Shown: in pieces, positions 27,052 to 32,374 of the stretch
How positions within the stretch are numbered: the stretch's first letter is position 1
Layout of the letters: each line of letters begins with the position of its first letter
From: an uncultured Methanosarcinales archaeon
GTDB taxonomy: Archaea; Nanobdellota; Nanobdellia; Woesearchaeales; JAGLXL01
DNA length: 32,374 nt
NCBI GenBank assembly: GCA_964472345.1
Contig: CAYYLB010000007.1
Coordinates: 1-32,374, forward strand
Reading direction: 5' to 3'
The notes under the pieces: model-generated
Told to the model about the DNA's origin: nothing
Database searches by the model: none
What the model saw: only the letters and a program-made list of their open reading frames with translations
Position numbers and translations under genes: made by a program

Positions 27052-27492
27052 TCAGCGCTCCGCAAATGGGTTGACCACCGTTATCCCCTGAATGTTCCTG
27101 AAATCCTTGATATTCTCCGTGAGGATGTGGGAAATGCCGTGTTCAGCCATAGTGGCGGCGAGCAGCGCATCCCAATAGGGTGTGCCTTTTCCCGTGCTCA
27201 TCTCGCATGCCCGAAGCACGCTCGTTTCGGTTGGCTTCAGTTTGAGAAAGCCATGGAACGCGATGATTTTTCCCACAATGTTGGTCGCTGCCTCCTTTGA
27301 GATTGGTCTGGGTATCTTGCTCGTTACGGTTACAAAGAATTCTGAAAGGTTTTGAAGAGATACCGCATACGTTCTCCCGCCAAGCCAGCAGGGATCAAGG
27401 AGAGTGATTGCTTTCTTGTGCTTTATTCTTTCGGAGGCGTCGAATGCGTAGACCAGAATGTTCGAGTCGAGCAGAAAGAGCTCATCGGTCAT
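27052..27492 (-). CDS. vapC: VapC/PIN-domain toxin
   Basis: LDSNILVYA, QNLSEF, YWDALLAAT and TENIKDF. Confidence 0.92.
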   Translation of the reverse strand: MTDELFLLDSNILVYAFDASERIKHKKAITLLDPCWLGGRTYAVSLQNLSEFFVTVTSKIPRPISKEAATNIVGKIIAFHGFLKLKPTETSVLRACEMSTGKGTPYWDALLAATMAEHGISHILTENIKDFRNIQGITVVNPFAER

Positions 27493-27721
27493 AGAGCTCC
27501 TCCCTTGATCGGAGCGGGAGCTTGCCCATCCGGAATCCTTTTTGCATCAACGCCACCATCTCCTGTGCGATCTCCTTTTGCCTCTTCTCTTCCATCCACT
27601 TCTGCAGCGCTTCCGTCACTGCTGCGCCAAGCGCGCCCTTGCCGGTACCTTTCTCTTCTTTGACGGTTTCCCGGAATACGCTTTCGACGTCGTCGCTGAC
27701 ATTGATGGTGATGGTCCCCAT
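27482..27721 (-). CDS. Putative antitoxin (ribbon-helix-helix-like) of the PIN toxin
   Basis: 79 aa, N-terminal MGTITINV strand and C-terminal REELYDR. Overlaps the toxin start. Confidence 0.8.
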   Translation of the reverse strand: MGTITINVSDDVESVFRETVKEEKGTGKGALGAAVTEALQKWMEEKRQKEIAQEMVALMQKGFRMGKLPLRSREELYDR

Positions 27722-27969
27722 AGGGTATATTTATATGATACTTATATTTAAATCTTTCTACTATGTAAAAGAACTATTGCCTGCGCGCCAGCGGTCGGTA
27801 ACGGGAGAGAAGGGAAGCCCCCTGTTCAGTAGCGGCGCTGAATGGGGCAGCATGCAGTGAGCAAGGCAATGAACGATCCGCGAGGTCAGATGAGTCCAAG
27901 GCTCGTTGACGGAACAGTGCCAGCTCAGCATGGGAAAAGATTAAATACACCGCCGCCACGCAAAAGCGC

Positions 27970-28158
27970 GTGAAAACCCCCTCCTACGTCGGCGAGGCAG
28001 CCGCGGTCATCGCCGTCCTCAGCTTCATCTCCTGGGCTGCCGCCCTGACGCCCGCATGGCTCCGCTGGCTCTGGATCCCCTTTGGCGTTCTGTTGATCAT
28101 TGACTGGATGCTCGGCGGAATCGCCGATGATGGGATCTGCAAGAAGTGTTTTGGGTGA
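27970..28158 (+). CDS. Small two-TM hypothetical protein with C-terminal CxxC
   Basis: 62 aa and hydrophobic, ending ICKKCFG. ttaaata lies ~22 nt upstream. Confidence 0.55.
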   Translation: MKTPSYVGEAAAVIAVLSFISWAAALTPAWLRWLWIPFGVLLIIDWMLGGIADDGICKKCFG

Positions 28159-28812
28159 TTACGAAACTGAAACCTTCGCCAGCTTCTTCTCCTCTTCCTT
28201 TTTCATGATATTCTTCGCGCACCGGTGTGCAAGATGCAATGGCTCGGGGAGCTTGTGCGGCGGCCTGATGCAGTCGCGCACGATCTTCAGTGCCGTGCCG
28301 ACGCCCACCAGATGCCCCGGCGAAATGTACAGCGGCGTTGCGTGCTCCTTGGTCTTCACCTCAAAGCCGCGCAGCTCGCTTTCGACATAGATTTTCCCCT
28401 GCTCCACCGCACCCGTCACGAGGCTCTTCGCGATCCCGATCGTCGGCTTCCCCAGAACGATGCCGAAATGGGACGCTAACCCCAATCGCCGCGGATGCGC
28501 AATCCCGTGCCCGTCGACGAGGATCACATCAGGGCTCTGCTGCAGCTGGTGGTACGCTTCCACCATCGCAGGCATCTCGCGGTACGCCAGGAATCCCGGC
28601 TTGTACGGCACCAGCGCCTGCTTCCGCGCGGTCTGCGTCTCCCGCACTTCCATCGTCTTGGAATCACACACCACAATGCAGGAGATCACTTCCGTCCCGA
28701 CATACGCCTGGTCGATCCCCGCGACGGTTTCCACTTTCCTGAAGCCATCCTGCAAGATGACCTGTGCGCTTAATTTCTGCTGCTCCCGTTTCAGCTTCTC
28801 AAAGTCTATCAT
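28159..28812 (-). CDS. nfi: Endonuclease V
   Basis: VAGIDQAY, PYKPGFLAYRE, LVDGHGIAHPR, PTIGIAK and LPEPLHLAH. Confidence 0.95.
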   Translation of the reverse strand: MIDFEKLKREQQKLSAQVILQDGFRKVETVAGIDQAYVGTEVISCIVVCDSKTMEVRETQTARKQALVPYKPGFLAYREMPAMVEAYHQLQQSPDVILVDGHGIAHPRRLGLASHFGIVLGKPTIGIAKSLVTGAVEQGKIYVESELRGFEVKTKEHATPLYISPGHLVGVGTALKIVRDCIRPPHKLPEPLHLAHRCAKNIMKKEEEKKLAKVSVS

Positions 28813-28900
28813 GTGCAAGAAGGACAGGCCAGAAGCATAAAAAGCTTGCGGAGCTGCGGCGCAGAAGCTTTTTAAATGAGCCCCTGTTTAAGCGCCGCAC

Positions 28901-29052
28901 GCCCGGGTAGTATAGCTTGGACAGCCCAGCGCAACGGCGGCGGGAAACCAAAGAGTATACGGCCCTGCGGTTCACGCAAGCAGCAAGGCTGTGACCGGGG
29001 TTCAAATCGCTGATGACAGGAGCGCGTCAGCGTGACCATCCCCGCCCGGGCG
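28901..29052 (+). tRNA. tRNA-Arg(GCG) with three introns (D-loop 20a/21, 37/38, 59/60)
   Basis: Exons 28901-28922, 28954-28970, 28986-29006 and 29039-29052 splice to a 74-nt cloverleaf: acceptor GCCCGGG/CCCGGGC, anticodon loop CT-GCG-GA, T arm CGGGG-TTCAAAT-CCCCG. Each intron has a BHB-like junction. TATA at 28869-28877 and a T-run downstream. CCA is not encoded. Confidence 0.9.
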
Positions 29053-29116
29053 TTTTTATGCTCATGCTATAAAATATCACCGAAGAAGAAAAGAAGATTA
29101 TTGGGGAGGGTTTGAA

Positions 29117-29488
29117 ATGAAATTTTCTGGGAAAATAAACAATAGGTGGTTTGTTTTTGTTTCTTTATTTTTTGCACTTGCATCTGCAATTATCCTGATT
29201 ATTGTAAAAAAACAGCCCTGGGAGTATTTAACCGCATTTTTTACCGGAGCGTTTTTCGGCAATCTCCCAAAAGAGGCAAAAAAGTGGATTGTGGTCATAA
29301 GTTCCCTGACTTTTATAGGTGCTATAATTTTTGACCCTTCTATTAAGCCATTGCTAGATAAACTGTTGGGAGTAAAAACGGTTGGCTCACTTGGAGGATC
29401 ACTTTTGATTAATTCATTTTTGTTTCTGTTATTCTGGATTGGGTATTCACTCAGTGAAAAAATAAAGGAAAAGCTGGCCGTGGCCTAG
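29117..29488 (+). CDS. AT-rich hypothetical membrane protein downstream of the tRNA
   Basis: 123 aa and hydrophobic, with RBS GGAGG. Composition differs from the flanks. Confidence 0.7.
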   Translation: MKFSGKINNRWFVFVSLFFALASAIILIIVKKQPWEYLTAFFTGAFFGNLPKEAKKWIVVISSLTFIGAIIFDPSIKPLLDKLLGVKTVGSLGGSLLINSFLFLLFWIGYSLSEKIKEKLAVA

Positions 29489-29769
29489 TAATTCTCCAGC
29501 GTCACTTCCTCGACCTGCACATCCCACGTCGGCTCCAAGTCTTCGATGTTCAGGCGCGCCTGGAAGCACTGGGCTGTTCTTGCAGAAAAATCAACAACGA
29601 CGCTGCCCGGCTTGAACGTTTTTGGCGTTTTCGTCTTTTCAGCAAAGCGGTGAATCCTGGCGATCTCGCTTCTGCTTCATCGGTCGCGGACGAGGTCTTT
29701 AACTACATACTGAGGCACTTTCAGCACTTTGAACTGCTCACCCTCTTTTATATACAAGTCCAACTCCAT
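29485..29769 (-). pseudogene. 95-codon hypothetical gene interrupted by one in-frame TGA
   Basis: Translates as MELDLYIKEGEQFKVLKVPQYVVKDLVRDR*SRSEIARIHRFAEK...EEVTLENY*, with the TGA at 29679-29677. TATAAAAA lies ~22 nt upstream of the ATG. Confidence 0.65.
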
Positions 29770-29811
29770 GGTTACAAGAAAGAAAAGAGTATTTTTATAC
29801 TTTGTGGTTCT

Positions 29812-30945
29812 TTAGCGCAGCCATTGTTTCTTGAGTTTCTGGAAAGAATCGTTTTCAATCGCTTCTCTTATTGAGGCCATGAGATTGCTGAAAAAGGCGA
29901 GATTATGATAGGTTGCGAGCGTGTACGCGAGCAATTCGTTCGCCTTGAAGAGGTGGTGGATGTATGCGCGGGAGCAGTTCGTGCAGACGTAACAGCGGCA
30001 ATCCTTGTCGAGCGGCCTGGCGTCGGCCTTGAAGCGTGCGTTCTTGATGCGGTAGCGCCACCTGCTGTTTCTTCTGCATTCCGAGCTGAAGATGTAGCCG
30101 ACTCTTGCGAGGCGTGTTGGCAGCACGCAGTCAAACAGGTCAACCCCCTGCTCAACCGCTGCAAAAATATTGTCGACCGCGCCGATGCCGAGCAGGTGCA
30201 CCGGCTTGCTGTCCGGCAGAGCGTCCATCGTCCAGCGCAGGACGCGCGCGGTCTCCTTCTTCGGCTCGCCAAAGATGCTGCCGATGCCGTAGCCGGGAAA
30301 ATCGAGTGAGGAGATGAAGCGGGCGCTTTCCTGACGCAAATCTTTGAATTTGCCGCCCTGGACAATGCCGAACAGCGCCTGGTCTTTGCGTTTCTTTGCA
30401 GCGATGCAGCGCTCTGCCCAGGCGTGCGTGCGCTCGAGTGAGGATGCGGCCGCGTCAAAGGCTGATTCGAAGGGGATGCATTCATCGAGCGCAAAGATGA
30501 TGTCTGCGCCGAGCTGCTCCTGGAGCCTGATGGATCTTTCCGGCGTGAACTCATGCACCGAGCGGTCGATGTGGGAGCGGAACGTAATGCGTTCATCGGT
30601 GACTTTGACGAGGCTTTTGCCTTCTTTCGTTTTGCCAAGGCTAAAAATCTGGAAGCCGCCGCTGTCAGTCATTATTGGACGCGACCAAGACATAAATTTA
30701 TGCAGGCCGCCGTGGTTCGCAATCAGCTTCGCCCCCGGCCGCAGGTAAAGATGGTAGGTGTTCATCATCAGCATCGGGACGCCGAGCTCTTCCAACTGCC
30801 TTGCGGTGAGCGCCTTGACCGTTGCCTGCGTGCCGACGGGGACAAATGCAGGCGTCGTGACAGCGCCGTGGGGGATTTTGATTATTGACGTGCGTGCTTT
30901 TGATGCGGGGTCACGGGCGGTGATTTTGAATGGGAGTGAACGCAT
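29812..30945 (-). CDS. tgt: tRNA-guanine transglycosylase, bacterial (queuosine) type
   Basis: TPAFVPVGT, NTYHLYLRPG, TDSGGFQ, LFGIVQGG, FDCVLPTR and the CxCxxC...H zinc site. 377 aa with no PUA extension. Confidence 0.93.
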   Translation of the reverse strand: MRSLPFKITARDPASKARTSIIKIPHGAVTTPAFVPVGTQATVKALTARQLEELGVPMLMMNTYHLYLRPGAKLIANHGGLHKFMSWSRPIMTDSGGFQIFSLGKTKEGKSLVKVTDERITFRSHIDRSVHEFTPERSIRLQEQLGADIIFALDECIPFESAFDAAASSLERTHAWAERCIAAKKRKDQALFGIVQGGKFKDLRQESARFISSLDFPGYGIGSIFGEPKKETARVLRWTMDALPDSKPVHLLGIGAVDNIFAAVEQGVDLFDCVLPTRLARVGYIFSSECRRNSRWRYRIKNARFKADARPLDKDCRCYVCTNCSRAYIHHLFKANELLAYTLATYHNLAFFSNLMASIREAIENDSFQKLKKQWLR

Positions 30946-30984
30946 GGCATTTTTTCATCGAGAAGGGTTTATAATGATTGCTTT

Positions 30985-32374
30985 TCAAGTTCGGGTGATG
31001 ACCGTGGAAGACTGGATGCCCTCTTCAACAGCCTTCAAGAAATTGAACAATAACTCCTCCTTGAACGCCGGCACCATCACCTGCATCCCGACGGGAATGC
31101 CCTGCAGCGTGCCGACGGGAACGACGCCGGCGGCGATGCCCGCGAGATTGGCTGGAATCGTGAAGGCATCCATCGCATACGCCTGCTCGGGCGTTATCTT
31201 GCTGCCGAGCGCGTGAGGCAGGTCCGGCGTTGTCGGCGCGATGATGACATCGGCTGTCTTGAAAGCGCTGTCAAAGTCTTTTGAGATTAGCTTTTTCGTC
31301 GCAAGTGCCTTGCGGTAGTACTGGCCCGCGTGCTCCGCCCTGCTGATTTCACGGCCGCCCAAGATGCGCCGCAGGACTTCCTCGCCAGTCGCTTCCTCGA
31401 TTTTCTTTCCGTAGCGCCGGCCGTCAAAGCGCCGCGTGGCAGAGAAGAATTCGGTGTAGACAATAGGGTAATAGGTCTGCACGCCAAGGTCGGTGTACTT
31501 TAACGAAACATTTTTTATTGCCGCGCTGAGCTTCTTTGCGATGGCTTTTGCCGCATGCTCGATCAGGGCGTACAGCTCTTTGTTGGTGCAGAGCTTCCTG
31601 AAATCGCCGCTGAGGCCGATTCGGAGTGATTTTAATGGCATGGTTTTTGTGTAATCGGGAACCGGCTTCTCATACGTCGTCGGGTCTGCGTCAGAATGGC
31701 CGGCGATGACTTCGAGCAGCAGCGCAGCCCCGAACACATCCGGAGCCAGCGATCCGATCTGGTCGAGCGACATGGACAGGTCGACGAGCCCATAGCGCGA
31801 GACGCGCCCGTAGCTCGGCTTGATGCCGACGATGCCGCAATGAGAAGCAGGGTTGCGAATGGAGCCGCCGGTGTCCGATCCAAGCGCAAGGTCGCAGAGG
31901 CCAGCGGCAACCGCAACCGCAGAGCCCGAGGATGATCCGCCCGGTACGACGGCAGGCGCTTTCGGGTTCCTTATCGGGCCGAATGCGCTCGTCTCGCCGC
32001 TAATTCCGCACGCGAACTCGTCGCAATTCGCGATGCCGATGATGATGCCGTCCTCTGCCTTGATGCGCTGGATCACATCCGCATCGAACGTGCCATGGTA
32101 GCTCTCGAGCGTCTTCGAGGCGCAGCTGATGGGCATCCCGAGCACGTTGATATTGGCTTTCACGGCGATGGCAAGCCCGGCAAGCTTCCCCGCGTTCTTT
32201 GTCTTGAGCTTCCTGTCCACCTCGTGCGCAGCGGCAAGCGCTTCCTTCTCCGCAACGTACAGGAAGGCGTTCAGCTCTTTGTTTTTCTTCTGAACCTGCT
32301 CAAGGAAGTGCCTGATATTCTGCTCAGCAGTGAGCTTCCCGGAACGCAGCTGCGCGAGCTTCAGCTCAGTGGGG
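30985..32374 (-). CDS. gatA: Asp/Glu-tRNA amidotransferase subunit A; 5' end outside the window
   Basis: PGGSSSGSA, GSDTGGSIRNPA, KPSYGRVSRYGL, RFDGRRYG and EVLRRILGG. The frame stays open to the window edge. Confidence 0.93.
   Translation of the reverse strand, partial: PTELKLAQLRSGKLTAEQNIRHFLEQVQKKNKELNAFLYVAEKEALAAAHEVDRKLKTKNAGKLAGLAIAVKANINVLGMPISCASKTLESYHGTFDADVIQRIKAEDGIIIGIANCDEFACGISGETSAFGPIRNPKAPAVVPGGSSSGSAVAVAAGLCDLALGSDTGGSIRNPASHCGIVGIKPSYGRVSRYGLVDLSMSLDQIGSLAPDVFGAALLLEVIAGHSDADPTTYEKPVPDYTKTMPLKSLRIGLSGDFRKLCTNKELYALIEHAAKAIAKKLSAAIKNVSLKYTDLGVQTYYPIVYTEFFSATRRFDGRRYGKKIEEATGEEVLRRILGGREISRAEHAGQYYRKALATKKLISKDFDSAFKTADVIIAPTTPDLPHALGSKITPEQAYAMDAFTIPANLAGIAAGVVPVGTLQGIPVGMQVMVPAFKEELLFNFLKAVEEGIQSSTVITRT

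Noticed and set aside
23306..27065. Long minus-strand ORFs (817 aa and 606 aa) and many other antisense ORFs in the track
   Set aside because: They shadow well-supported genes on the opposite strand in GC-rich DNA and show no recognisable motifs.
27774..27930. Hairpin gcccctgttcag/ctgaatggggc upstream of vapBC
   Set aside because: It is a single stem with no terminal repeats, duplication or recognisable RNA motif, which is too little to call.
11488..28812. nth, ogg, hel308 and nfi as a dedicated DNA-repair island
   Set aside because: They are dispersed among unrelated genes with separate promoters, which fits ordinary gene order in a small genome.
29007..29038. Box C-like tgatga in the third tRNA intron as a C/D guide RNA
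   Set aside because: There is no downstream CTGA box D and the intron is too short for guide regions.
29677..29679. Genome-wide TGA recoding or selenocysteine
   Set aside because: TGA terminates conserved genes here, such as rps6e, at the expected positions. No redox motif or SECIS-like element was seen.
1..32374. CRISPR array, rRNA, transposase, integrase or reverse transcriptase
   Set aside because: No regularly spaced repeats or diagnostic motifs were found by eye on either strand.

Overview
Archaeal chromosomal segment. The archaeal call rests on ribosomal protein eS6, Cbf5, TATA boxes 22-25 nt before many start codons, and bulge-helix-bulge tRNA introns. A DPANN/Woesearchaeota-like host is an inference from gene content. 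From left to right the window holds: cbf5 (cut by the edge); an ~8 kb minus-strand copper/thiol-redox cluster (CopA, CopZ-like, HMA-DsbD_2-cupredoxin fusion, CcdA-like, membrane-anchored wHTH regulator, two paralogous His-rich proteins); a PHP protein, a type II NADH dehydrogenase-like flavoprotein and endonuclease III; an AT-rich patch with a MarR fragment and a methyltransferase; a 1.5 kb islet (CDP-alcohol phosphotransferase + hicAB) bounded by a duplicated 3' end of an 8-oxoG glycosylase gene; rps6e; a second membrane wHTH + DsbA module; two cadherin/Ig-repeat surface proteins; a Hel308 lacking its N-terminal ATPase domain; vapBC; endonuclease V; a tRNA-Arg(GCG) interrupted by three introns; a bacterial-type tgt; and gatA (cut by the edge). 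Four or five unrelated miniature inverted-repeat elements (three with flanking direct repeats) and one pseudoknot-forming ncRNA candidate lie in or between genes. No CRISPR array, rRNA, transposase or integrase was seen. All calls come from reading motifs by eye, with no database searches.
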